The position numbers were made by a program, and so were the translations under genes. Below, piece after piece: positions 37,200 through 49,600 of a DNA stretch of 64,000 bases. Every line of letters starts with the position of its first letter. The first letter of the stretch is position 1. The DNA comes from Octopus sinensis (lineage: Eukaryota). The stretch covers positions 186,001 through 250,000 of the forward strand of contig NW_021836000.1 in assembly GCF_006345805.1 (NCBI RefSeq), written 5' to 3'. The notes beneath the pieces are model-generated. The model had not been told where the DNA came from. It made no database searches and was given only the letters and a program-made list of their open reading frames with translations.

Positions 37200-39047
37200 C
37201 AGTCCGATTTTGAATTGGAACACTAAGTGTTCCAAAAACTGAGGTTTTGTCAAAAAATTAATATCAATATACATTTAATAATTTAATTAATGCAAAAAAG
37301 TCTTAAATATTATTATTTATTGAAAATAGTCATCGATCCTTTTTCCATAACTATAATTTTTCTTCAAACTACTGAACAAATTTTGTCTGAAACAGTAAAA
37401 ATCATTTAACAAAATTGGAGCTATGTCTAGAACTGATTCTTCCAATTCATTCACTTTTGTTACTACTTCTTTGACCGTAGTCTGTTTATTTTGCATACCA
37501 CTGTAAAAAATTTCTTCATTATCGTGGCTTTCCGTATTTTCCAACACTTCGTCTACAACTTGTTCTATAACAGGGGTGTCAAACATGCGGCCCGCGGGCC
37601 GCATGTGGCCCTCGAAAGACATCAATGATTGGCGTAAATTAATTTTTGTAAGTAAGTCGTAGTAAAAATCTTTTTCATCTATACAACAAATAAATTCAAT
37701 TAACGCCTTCGAATAATTATCTTTAAAAGCTTTGATTATCCCATTATCCAATGGTTGAAGAATTGGAGTTGTATTTTTGGGTAAAAACAGCAATTCGATA
37801 TTTGAAAGCGATTTATTTTCATGACACGAAGCGTTATAAAGAATTATTAAAATTTTTCTCTTTTCCATTTTCATTCGTTCATTCACTAAGAATAACCATT
37901 GAACAAAAATATCTCTTGTCATCCAGGCATTTTTGGAAGATGAGTACATAGCACCATAATCCTCAGGGTTAAAATTTCTGAAGCATCTGGGATTTTTAAA
38001 TTTCCCGATTATTAAAGGATCAAATTTTTGGCCTGAATAACTGCAGCAAAAGAGCAAAGAAATTTTTTCCTTTTCCTTATTTATTTTAGAACCTGACGCT
38101 TTTTTATTTGTTTGTACGAATGATTTTTTTGGGGTCTTTTTTATAAAAAGACAAGTTTCATCGATGTTAAAGATATTATTTTTTCCAAATTGATCAATTT
38201 TTGCATGGAAAATTTTTAAAAATGATTGAATTCCATCACGATTACATGAGTTTTTTTCGCCGCTAAGGATTTTGAATTTGAGTTCATGTCTTTTTTTAAA
38301 ATTCATTAACCAACCATTCGATGCTTTAAAGCTTGTAATGTTCAATTTACCCGCAATTTTCAAACCCTAAAACAATGTGAGAAAAAGTAAAATTACCAAT
38401 TTTTTTGATAAGAGGACCAAAACTGGAATATTTTGGAGCCGTAATTGTTGAAAAACGTCGATAACTTTACTATCCAATGTTTTAAAAATATCGTCAGTTT
38501 TTGTTTCAGTCCGAAAATTTGGAATAATGTTCCCACAGGTTATTTTCGGCGTAATCGTTTTTTATTCAAGCAATTGTGCCAATGCTCGTTTCATATTTTT
38601 GAGCAAGTACTCTGTGTGAATGACTTTTTAGTTGTCGAGCAATTTCAACCTTTTTCTCGTAACTGAGACCCATAATGATTTAGCGTGGAGTTTTTTTAAT
38701 CCAAATTAATTAATTTTTTTAATGGCTAGAAATAAATAATAATAATAAATTTTGTTCCAAATCGAGGTTTTCATTTAAAAGGAATTATTTATTCTAGGCA
38801 GAGATCCTACAAAGTGTTCCAAAAACTGAGGTTTTAAATGTTAGGGTCAAACTACTAAGTAAAGTCAACAAACTAATAAATTCTCCCAGCGAGACGGAGG
38901 GAACAGCTGTTGCCACGCATGACAGCCAGCAGGATCCTCTGAATGAGGAAAGTAAATTCCCTAGGGTCCTTGGACCGCAAAACTGAGGTTGTTTCAAAAA
39001 CTGAGGTGTTCCAGCCCCGAGGTCTGTTCCAAATCGAGGTCGGACTG
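37200..39047 (-). mobile_element. pogo/Tigger DNA transposon with near-complete transposase
   Basis: Imperfect TIRs CAGTCCGA...TTGGAACA and TA flanks. ORF 37317..38363 has FKASNGWL, IFNIDETCLF and LQPLDNGII; the second catalytic Asp region reads IILYNAS. 30-nt GT-AG intron candidate at 38367-38396. Confidence 0.93.
37571..37615 (+). mobile_element. hAT (Charlie/SPIN-type) terminal fragment embedded in the pogo ORF
   Basis: CAGGGGTGTCAAACATGCGGCCCGCGGGCCGCATGTGGCCC preceded by TTCTATAA (NNNTANNN). Confidence 0.75.
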
Positions 39048-39099
39048 TATATATTTTAACTAGCCGTTCTGGAGTATTTAGTTCGGTAATAGTCTCCGA

Positions 39100-39560
39100 T
39101 AAAATCGTGCATTAGATCGTGTATTTATATTATATCTTACTGTAGAGATAAACTATTAAGAGTCCTTGAAGATATCGTTGATGATGACTCTTTGAAAATT
39201 GTGCGTTTTTTGCTGAATGATACGAGACTCGTAGTGAAAGTGGGGATAGACCATGAGGATTGGTACTCCACCAGTTTTTCTTTTAATCTATTTGGAAGCT
39301 GCATTGAGGGACCTTAGAAAGAAATTGCATTAGTTAAATAATTATTTTGTGAAACTAATATACGCTAAATGACATCGATTTTGCGTCTGAGAATGTTGAG
39401 ATTCTAAGAACTGTAGTGGCTAAAGTCACAATAGTTCTGAAGAGGTGATACCTGAAGATCAATTCTGAAAAAATGTGATTGGCTTTGATTCTGGGGCTAT
39501 TGACACTGAATAATAAGAAGTGACCGGGTCGCTTTTTGTAATGCTGAGGACATGGCCTGC
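39100..39560 (+). mobile_element. RTE-like reverse transcriptase fragment
   Basis: IVRFLLNDTRLVVKVG, IGTP-PVFLLIYLEAALRDL and LIYA..DIDF (frameshifted); related to 14660-15615. Confidence 0.65.
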
Positions 39561-39860
39561 AGAAAAATGTTGGCATCCTGTGTAGTAAAAATGATATGAA
39601 GTATCTGCACACGCAGAAAACTTATCTTCTTAAATTTTCAGATAAGCTTGTATAATGCCGATGGCTTCAAAATCCCATTGGTAAAGAGAAAGTTTTGGTT
39701 TCTGCCACAAAAAAGTAGTTCCATCGTGAAGCAAATAAACCCGCCATTTATTGAGTTTTTCAATAGACTGGGATACAACATCGTTTATATCGACAAAAAA
39801 CCACCATCTGAAAAAATAGATACCAACTAAATATCAAATGAACTTATATTTCACGCATTA

Positions 39861-41704
39861 TAGTGCGACCCGAATTAGGAAAATTTTTCCCCAATTTTAA
39901 GGTTTTCACCAAAAATAGGGTTTTCCTTAAATTTAGGTCTCTCCTGTTCGATATGTTACCTTAATAATATAACCATAACGGATAACTACAATGTTTATTT
40001 TTAATAAAAAAATCAGTTAATTTTATTCGAATGTTTTGTTTTTTTGCATCAAGCTCATAATATTTGGTTTAAATCTGAATAGATAAAGTACATTTCCTGA
40101 GTTCTTGCTCAATAACATTTACCAGCATTGTTCATAACTTATTGATCATCCAGATGTTCCAGAAATTCTTCCCTGCAATCCTCTTCATCACTACTGTCAT
40201 CATCCCATAAACTCTTCAAAATCGCATTTTCCATAATATCCGAATCAACCAGACTTTCTCCATATATATTTTTCTCCTGTGTAACTGACTCATTTCTTTC
40301 AATAAAACTCTTTTTGGAAAAAGCTTTATAAAATAATGCAGTTTCATCACAGTTTCTCCGCCATAGTTTTCGAGCGAATCATTGAAAGTCAATTGGAAGT
40401 TTTCCGCACTTCCTTTATCAGCTGATCGTGATTCTCCATTTAATATTCTGAATTTTATTTCGAATTGTTTCTTAAATCTGTAAAGCTATCCATTAAAAGC
40501 AGTCAAATCATGTGATTTCTATAACAATTTTAAGTGCAATAAGCTTTAAGGTTGGCCCATTGATTGGGAAACCTTTCGACCTGAGTTTACAAAAAATCTC
40601 GCAAACTTTGTTATTCAATTCATGTCCAATTGTCCCTTAAGATGTATAGAAGCCTTGAGGTAGGATTTCTTTCCTTTTCTTTTTAAGTCGGTATAGCATT
40701 CCCTTAAAGATGTTAAATCCCTCAAAAATCTTTTTATCCTTATCACCCGACTGTATATTTTTGCAAATTCTGATCTTTTCACTTTGATTTAATTTTCTAA
40801 GCAATTAACTTTAAAAATTGATAATTTCGATGTTTTAACAGGTTAATTATTTAACTAACTAAATTACCAGATTTGTTTCATTTAACAAAAGTATCACCAC
40901 CAATAATCTTCAAGATCTTTCTTAGCTTTTCCCGATGTTGGACTCTGAACCCAACGCAAGTGCGGAACAGACGGGGAACAGTTTTCGTAAGGAATTGAAT
41001 CGAGGTGATGAGCTCCTGGTTGCTAATTGATATATGATGGTCTTTTGACAGTTTTTTCTGTTGAATGGCTAAGAACCCCTTTCCATCTTTCTTAATTAGA
41101 TTGTCAAGTGGACTTGAAATAATATTGTTCAAATTGGAAATTTGAATTATGCTAGCCGCAAATCGGCATAGTGTAGTCTCAATTTTAAGCCATGTGGTTC
41201 ACCAGTTGTTGCAACACTGGAGGCGCACAGAATGATCCTAGAGCATTCGAGAAAAAACAACCATTTGCTGTTCCCAGCTGGAATTATCCAGACGAAAATC
41301 CCGGGGCCTCACCCCCTCGATAGACGAAAGGCTTGAGCAAATTACCAAGTTAAATAAATTTTAAAATTATTGATTACAGATTTGGAAAAACAAATTACAA
41401 TAAATAAATAATAATAAATCAAAAATTATAGATATAACGACTTAAATATGGCTACGAGGGCTGGTACGGTACGGAGGAGAGTGACTACCTGATCGAACAG
41501 TTAGAAAAGACGATTCTATTCTATTCTATAGATATATATTAATGAATCGTTTATGATATTATAAAATTTTTTTCTAGTATGGGGTTTATTTCATTAAAAA
41601 TCATCTTATTTGTTAGGGATGGCGAAAATATTTCTTCAAAAGCAAGTTTTTCTCCAAAAAAAGGTTTTCCGCTAGTTGATTTTTCCAAATTCGAGGTCGC
41701 ACTG
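39861..41704 (-). mobile_element. pogo/Tigger element, degenerate, with an unclassified internal segment (~40830-41560)
   Basis: Ends TAGTGCGACC-CGAATTAGGAAAA and (reverse complement) CAGTGCGACCTCGAATTTGGAAAA with TA flanks; decayed transposase remnants at 40050-40800. Confidence 0.75.
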
Positions 41705-41879
41705 TATTAAAAATACTCAAATTAAACATTTCAGATTGAAAAAATATACAAATTAAAATACTAAAAATAACAAAATTAAAATTATTTAATTTTGAAAATA
41801 ACAGTTGTGTGTCGAATATTCAATAACGAAACACGATAATAATACTTTAATTACAAAATAAATCAAAAATATTTTTTTA

Positions 41880-42500
41880 AAAGAAAATTATCAAAATCTA
41901 CAATATTCAAAAAAAACATTATCTTTAATATATATCATTGGCCGATTTCCAAAACAAGCATTCCATGTGCCAAAGTTTGTCTGCATTGCTCAAACAACAC
42001 CACACGCGCCTACAAACAACATTCCCTAATAAATCTACATAAACAACTCCCTTAATATCTACCCCTTGAATCTTTAAAACTCCAAATCAACAATTTATCA
42101 CCCTTCTACAAAACACAATACCTTAATCTAAGCAAATAATTTACTATCAAATAAGCCTCCAATGTCTCATTCGACATTTTGAGAACATGTTTATAAGTAT
42201 AAAAATAATATTACCAATCAATCACGTTATTAAATGCAATATTAAATCAATTGTCTCTGATTAAGATAAATTAGAGACCACTGAGCTAGAATTTGAACAC
42301 GTGTCCTTATATATGACATTGTGGAGTAAACGTAATATCATATTCAGGTCAAACTTATGAATTCTTGCATGAAAATAATGTAGGGATATCTCTGAGTTGA
42401 TAGCAAAGTTAAAAACTCTTTTCCAGTCGAATTCGACATCTTTTTCACGTGGGAACTTCAAATCGTTCAAAATGAGCGCCGATAAAGCCAAACTAGCCGG
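41880..42500 (-). pseudogene. Arginyl-tRNA synthetase C-terminal (DALR anticodon-binding) region, RARS2-like; 5' part not found
   Basis: LSALILNDLK..DVEFDWKRVF..SLHYFHARI, YLIVNYLLRL and ARVVLFEQCRQTLAHGMLVLEI, colinear with the ArgRS C-terminus; tiny introns between blocks. Confidence 0.7.
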
Positions 42501-42656
42501 TGTTTGCTTTAATAAGTTCTAAACATAAAGTTTATATTAAAAATATTTGATTAGACTTGATTTCAAGTGATTAAAGTGGTTTAATTGAGCTATTTCGAGC
42601 CAAGACGTATAAAAGGGCAATTTAGATCACGTAATGAATTCGATCAAACGTTAGAC

Positions 42657-43226
42657 CAGGCATTCTCAATCTTTGTTTGTTCTCGCCGCCTTTGATATTT
42701 TCTCGCCCCCTTGTCCATATACAATTTTAAAAATTTTTGTGCATTGTCCCTTAATTGGTTGTTTTTTTGTATATAACATAAAAATCAAAATATAAAACAA
42801 TAAATCAAAATATAAAGCAAACATTGAATTTTTATTAAAAATTATTAGTGAGACCCTTGAATTTCAGCAATTTTATATGAAACGATATGCGCACCCACAA
42901 CTACATATAAATAAATGTTAAATAACCATCATGTAATGGCATTGTGAATAACGTTTTCTTATTTTCAAAATTATATTTTAAAGTTTGCAAATATTCAATC
43001 GGCTTTGACATTTTTTCCGGATGCTTACGTTTTAAATGATCCTGTAATCGTGATGGCTTCATCGCTTCATTTGAGAAAGAACATTGACAATTAAGACAAT
43101 AAGGCTGTTTTGTATCTTCACTACTTTGAAATATTCGTTTTAATAATGACGACTTTCCTTATTTGAGCGAGAAGACATTTTAGATGTAAAAACAGCGTGC
43201 TATTTTTAATATAAAATTTAAATTAA
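42657..43226 (-). mobile_element. hAT/Buster fragment (one terminus + BED finger)
   Basis: CAGGCATTCTCAATC after CGTTAGAC; PYCL.CQ..FSNEAMKPSRLQDHLKRKHP at ~43010-43130. Confidence 0.7.
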
Positions 43227-43243
43227 GACAAAAGTACCTAATC

Positions 43244-44385
43244 GGTACTTTTGTCGAAGTGGTCGCAGTTTTTTTAGGCCTTTTAAAAAATCTAATAATT
43301 TTTGAGGTGGAATATATTATATTTTATTTAAGTCGCTCTATCAATAATTTAAAATATTATTAAATTTTTTACTAATTTATTTTCTAATTTTTTTAATATT
43401 ATGGCGAGCATGTACCTAATATTGATATAAACTGGCACTATAGGTCACATGGAAAATTCTGTTGTGCACTTATGCAACATCAAATTCCGACAGCTCCCAA
43501 TAAGTAAGGAGGATGCAGTGCATTTTCTGCAAAATGTGGATATCCTTTCAAAATCACGTATATGTCCGAAGGGACATCAGATGGAATTAGTCTTGGGACC
43601 GAAGCTCAATTGGAAATGCTCAAGAGTTGGTTGTAGAGTCCAATGTTCTATTAAAAAAGGTATAATTTCTCTCAAATAATTCTAGATACCTGGTTAGAGA
43701 ATTGTAGATTGCCATTTGAGGATGTCATCGCCTACATATACTTATGGAGTTACGATAGGCATACCTTCAAATGGCTTCATCACGAATACAATTGGGGTGA
43801 ACATACATATGTCGATTGGGCTATGTTTTTACGTGAAGTCTGTGTGGACGCACTTGTTAAAAGATCTGACGGCAAAATTGGTATTATTAATGTTTATTTC
43901 AGGTGGTCCTGGTATGATTGTGGAGGTAGACGAGAGTATGTTTTCCAAACGGAAAAACAACTCTGGAAGAGTTTTACCAAAACAGTGGGTCTTCGGTGGT
44001 ATTTGTCGAGCCACCAAACAGTGTTTTCTGCAACCAGTCGCGGATAGGAGCAGAGAAACACTGCTCAGTCTAGTAATTCGATATGTCGAGGTGGGAAGCA
44101 TTATTTATAGTGACTGCTGGAAAGGTTAGCATTATTTGATTAACATTTAGGGTATTCAACTGATCAATTGGTTGAAAACGGCTACACACACGAAACCGTT
44201 AACCATAAGTAAGGAAATATAATATAAAAAATGACTAAATTGGTTAAATAAATTTTTAAATAATTTTAATAACCATTTAAATTATTGATAGAGGGTTATA
44301 AATTAAATAATCTATTTTTCACTAAAAAAATTAATTAATTTTAATTATCTTCTAAAAAAACTGCGACCACTTCGACAAAAGTACC
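43244..44385 (+). mobile_element. Merlin DNA transposon copy B, both TIRs, 3' coding deletion
   Basis: TIRs of about 34 bp. Spliced protein C.KGH..WKC..C..SIKK|DTW..GG|PGMIVEVDESMF..QWVFGG..SDCWK|GY..H.TVNH; introns 43660-43685, 43881-43902 and 44125-44150. Confidence 0.93.
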
Positions 44386-44822
44386 GAGAAATATCCAATT
44401 GACTAGACCTATTTTTTTAACCATTGGTTTTTTAATTGTAAAATTTTCCCCCCCCAAAAATTTTTTGCACACGTCACTTTATAACGCTGCACAATGCAAT
44501 GTGCCCAGCGCGCATAGCTACCACTCGCTTAGAGGGAACACTGCTCTCGATCCGACAGTATATAAAAACGGACTAGAACATTTCCCTGAGTTATAAAAAG
44601 GTGGCATCGAGGGGATAAAATATTGGAATTTTTTCTGAAAATTTTCTTTAAATGAACATGAAAGACTTTATAAGGTATTTAAATTTGTTTTTTGGCATTT
44701 GGAATTGAAATTGATTTCATTGATTGGGAGTAGTGTCATCATTTGCCGGGAAAAAATTGTTGAAAGTCTTTATAATAGTAGAATGTCTAAAATTGATAAG
44801 TAGATATTTAAAAAAATTATTA

Positions 44823-46234
44823 CAGTAAAACCTCTAATGCTCGCCATTTTCGGGACCGAAGAAAAAATGGCGAGCAACAGAAATAATCAATAAATTTTTT
44901 GACTTTGAAATTTTGAAAACATCTCGGTTTTCGATCATAAGTGAGCCTTCCAAGTCATATTTGAGCAAAGAAACAAAGAGAATCGAAAGAAATTAAAAGG
45001 AAAAAATTAACAAAAAAAATCTTTAATAGTTTTTTTTAATTCAGCCATATTTCTACTAACGGTGTCGATTAGTTTCAACGAATTTATATCAAAATTTTCA
45101 TTTTGATAAAAGAATGACTTTAATCTTTTCAAATTTTCAAAGCCTCTTCTGAATTCACATGAGATTCTTCATTATGAGTATCTTCATCGTCATATTTTTA
45201 TGGGAAAGAATCTCCAGCAATATTAAGGTAATCTTCAATATTTCGGTAAATTCATGACTAATAAAATCATTTTTATCCACCGTGTCCAATATTTTCAAAG
45301 TATTTACCATTTGATCATAATTATCAATTTCAACAGTTGGTCTTTCGAGTTGATTTTCACATTCGATCCATTTTGAATGTCCGAAACAATTTATAATTGT
45401 TTTGGTCGTTACTTTTTTCCAGGCAAAATATGTAAAAAGAAGACTGTCTTTTAAGGTTAATTTTTTATGAGCTTCCAGTGGATTTTTTCCATTTTCAATT
45501 TTTTCCAGTTTCATCAGCGTTATAAATGTTTTCAGCATTATATTGTTGAATCTTTGCAGAGATCAAATAAGTAAATGCATCAATTTCTTGTTTCTAATCA
45601 ACTGCAGTATATCTTGATTCTCCATGTAAAGTCCTCAATTTTAAGTAGTTCAAGATAAGGATCTTGAACTTGCTTAGCCATCCATTGCTGACTTTAAACT
45701 CTTTAATTCCATAATATTAGCAATGTTCTTTGCTTTCAACAAAATTGAATTATCGTCCAGAAACCCCCCTATAAGCTCAATGTATTCCATCCAAGTTAAT
45801 AGTTCGGTGTCAATAACAGAATAAGTTAAGTTAGATAATCTCTTCTTATTGGAGAAAATAGGATCAGTAGACATTATTTTCTCTTTTCCAAGTCTTAAAT
45901 CGTTCACAGCCCTTCGAGGTATTTTTTCTTCAAAACAGAAGAAAAAATATAAGCTATACGGCCCATCGTGAGACTTTTGTTCTCCTCCATGTACGCAATA
46001 ATGAGACGTTTTTCATTAAAAGACAATCTTGTGCACTTACGCACGTTGAATTTAGCGTGGTTGAAATATTTTATATAAAAAATAGTTTAACCAAAAAAAA
46101 TATTTTTAAAAATTAATGGCGAGATTTAGAAAATGGCGAGCAATAGAATATTTATCAAAATTTACTAGAAATTTTTAATTTTTTCAAAAATATGTGGCGA
46201 GCAATAGAGGTGGCGAGCACCAGAGGTTTTACTG
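44823..46234 (-). mobile_element. pogo/Tigger element, internally deleted
   Basis: TIRs CAGTAAAACCTCT, TA TSD, GGCGAGCA subterminal repeats; transposase pieces at 45674..45907 and 45155..45538 (AWKKVTTKTIINCFGH). Confidence 0.9.
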
Positions 46235-46246
46235 TATTGATTATAT

Positions 46247-46375
46247 GGTACTTTTGTCGAAGTGGTCGCAGTTTTTTTAGAAGATAATTAAAATTAATTA
46301 ATTTTTTTCCACCTCAAAAATTATTAGATTTTTTAAAAGGCCTAAAAAAACTGCGACCACTTCGACAAAAGTACC
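46247..46375. mobile_element. 129-bp Merlin MITE made only of the two element ends
   Basis: The left part matches the 3' end of copies A and B; the right part is the reverse complement of the 5' end of copy B. Confidence 0.9.
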
Positions 46376-46379
46376 ATAT

Positions 46380-47059
46380 TCTCTTCTGTTTTTATTTTGT
46401 ATCCAAAATTTGTATACTCGATCAAGATCCACTGTATTCCCACTTGTTAAATAGAACTTGATTCGCATGATCATCTCCAAATGGTCAATCTCAAATCTAG
46501 TAGTTTAGTTTTGATACAGTTCATCAAACTAAATCCACGTTCAGCATCAGCACTCGACGCTTGAAATGTGCCACAAATATCCACAAATGTTGCAGTGGCT
46601 GAAAATTTTTTCTCCGCTAGTATATAGTAAATTACATCTTCAAATGTTTTCAAAGCACCAGAGTGCAGTTTTTCTTTTAAAATAAACTTGAGATCTGTAT
46701 ATTCCGACTGCAGTTTTATGAGTGGGACTTCTGAAGAGAGTAAATTTTCATATTTTTTCGCTAATTTAATTATCTCCTCTTTTCCAAATTCAAAGTTTGT
46801 CTGATTTTGAATTGCTTGAGTGTCAAATGCTACCCATTCTCTTAATTCGTGAGCTGGAAATCTTTCTTGTAAATGCAGATAAACATGCTCGATAAAGCAT
46901 AGGATTTCATCTGTATTTGTATCTCCATAACCAGTTGTTGATAACAACATCTTCACACTGTCACTCCAGTAAATTCGCTGCGCAGAAAAAAATTTCGCTG
47001 CGCAGCAAGGTGCAAACTGCTGCGCGGCCGCGCACGCACGCAGCTTAGAGGGAACACTA
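46380..47059 (-). mobile_element. hAT (ZNF862-like) non-autonomous fragment
   Basis: Dimerization motif TFQASSADAERGFSLMNCIKT. TIR-like TTAGAGGGAACACT at 47045-47058, also present at 44529-44543. Confidence 0.7.
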
Positions 47060-47218
47060 ATCGAGAGCCGCCTTTTTATTAATACTGACATAAGTTTGTT
47101 GAATGAATATTGATTCAATTCATGAGGTTTTAAATCTACATTGGCTGATGTCTTGTTTTTTGAAATAGGAAATAATGAGTCAAAAAAATCTTTAGTAATT
47201 CGAAAACTTTAATAATTT

Positions 47219-48336
47219 TTAAGACAATCTTTTTAGATAATTTGTAGCACGATTTAAAACACTATTTTCTTTTTTGGAGAGATCAGTAAATTTATTTTCG
47301 GTATTAGATACCTCCTTAAATTTGTTGTATTCATTAAATAATTCCTGATGGTTGATTTGTGGCTGAATTTTCAAATTTTGCTTTTGTTCATCTTTTTCTT
47401 TTTTAATTTCAAGTTTTATCATTTTTACCTAATAAATTTAATATTTGATTATACTTCGTTGATTAGTTCGGACAAATCATTGTGTTTTGACGACAATTTT
47501 GAAAATGTATTTTTACTACTTTCTTCTAATTGAATTATTCTGTTCTAAATTGTAATTTAATAATTAATCACTTCAAATTTTTCCATTTCCTTTCTAGGGA
47601 GTTTTTTTTTCTTCTGGAGATTCTGGGGATTTTTTTTAGCTGATTCGTAGTGATCAAAGTTTTTTTGGCTTCCAAAAACTAAAGTTTCGCAAAACGTTGA
47701 TACTTTATTTCTACTTTCCATTGCTTGCTCTATCCATAATAGTTCCATTGAATCGTCTGAGTTTTGACTATTATTTGTTACTAAAATCAGAATTTTGGAA
47801 TACTTTGATTATATTTTAATTTGAAAGTTTCCAAAAATATATCTCCATGATTGACATCAGATGGAGATAAAAATGAATTGATTGCATTAATAAAACAGTC
47901 TTGATTTATTTTTGATTTATTATTCTTAATTATTTGATTATTCTCAGTCTATTCAGTTTTTTCGTTTTCCTTTATTAATTCATTTTCTGTTTGAGTTGAG
48001 ATTTCATTGTGAAGTACAGTATTTGATGTTTTATTTGATATAACTGCCGTTTCTTCAAGATTAACATTCTCTGTCTTTTTAGAATTAACAATTTGATTAA
48101 TTGGTTCTTGTGAATTTAAAATTATTTTTGGAGTTGATAAGCAATTTTGGCCCCATTGGATCATGTAATTTGAATTTCCTTCTATTTCGTAAAATAATTC
48201 TTCATATTTTTTTCTTAACTTTTTAAATCTATTTCTCAATAAAAAAGATTTTAAAGTTCCCTATTAAGTTTTACGTTATGGAAAATACATGTATTTGGTC
48301 ATTTAAAATGTTGTTGTTTTCATAATCTTTAATCAT
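47219..48336 (-). CDS. IQ domain-containing protein C-like
   Basis: QIH|GTLKSFLLRNRFKKLRKKYEELFYEIEG..IQW and MELLWIEQAMESRNK resemble the two conserved IQCC blocks. Several tiny introns; a possible homopolymer frameshift near 47665. Confidence 0.6.
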
Positions 48337-48539
48337 CACAGTGAATTTAACATTTCCTTGACGACATCAAATATTTTGTGATGATTTTTTCTTAAAAAAT
48401 TATTTGACTTCTCTTAAAAAAATATTTCTTATATTTTTATTAAAAGTTGTTTGGCTATTTAATTAAAAACTATTTTTTAGTATTTTAGCTCTAAATTTTT
48501 GGAAATACAAAAAGAAAACCCAATCAAATGCAGTAACTT

Positions 48540-49600
48540 AAAAAAATTAATTTCTCAAAAATTCGAAACCCATTTGTTTTCTATAATAAAAATCGACATG
48601 TTTGTGTATCATTTAGAACTGTACTGATTTACTGACAGATTTCAAATGGTAAAAGAAAACGATTCAGTCTCAACGGCCCTGTTCATTCGTTTGCCTTTGG
48701 CTAGCAGTAGCAAATGTGTCCGTAAGTCTTATAAATTTATTCATTGTTATAACAAACTAATTTACGCCAAACAGAATCAAGTCTCAAATTGATTCTTATC
48801 ACTCTTTCGTTTCTTTAATAAAATAAAATATTTTTTGCCGGTTTGCAAATGAACTGTTTATTGCCCCGAGTTAAAAAGGTTGAGAACCGATGTTTTAATT
48901 AATGAAAACTTCATTGCACATCATTTTATTCGCCATTACGGTCAGCATGAGTTGCAGTCTATTGATCTGTAATGAATCCATACTAAATGTTTAACAAGTT
49001 CTTTTTGTTCTCGGTAAGGATAATGACACAGTTTCTTTAGAAAAACAAATTATGAAATGAAGACTGTCCCTAAAACATCTGTTGTAAACATACTTTGAGA
49101 ATATTGAAATATACATTGTTGGCTGGAAGATATTGTGAAAGAGACAATAAAGTAAATTATTTAAAATACTTAATAATTAGCTTATGACTAAGTTTTGGTG
49201 AACAAAATAACATTTTATTGTCAAAATATGATCGTTACAGCGTTAGAGAACTGAATGTATCTTTAAATGCGTTTAAATTGATGTAGCAAAGATTTTTGCC
49301 AAAATAGAAATTTTTAATAGACATAAATATTGGATCAAAAATCGATTTCTGTATTAAAACATTAAACAAATATTAATGTTTCTATTGTAGCAAAATATTT
49401 TTAAACACGTTGGTGAAAATAAATTTTTGCTTCAAAAATAAGTACATGTATTAAATATGCAGACGTTGGATGCATTCGGTAAACAGTGAACTTTTGGTAG
49501 AAACATTTTTTCATTGGCAGCAAAATTAAGTTACCGACAAATAGGGATAATTTTAATTTAGACAAAGATACTTCAATAAACTTTCAAAAAACTATCTTTA
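48540..49600. mobile_element. Degenerate hAT remnants (terminus plus transposase scraps)
   Basis: GGTTGAGAACCGATG terminus at ~48877-48891; scattered Buster-like scraps on the minus strand. Confidence 0.35.

Noticed and set aside
46980-47118. N-terminal part of ORF 46471..47118
   Set aside because: It reads through the hAT terminal and subterminal repeats; not genuine protein sequence.
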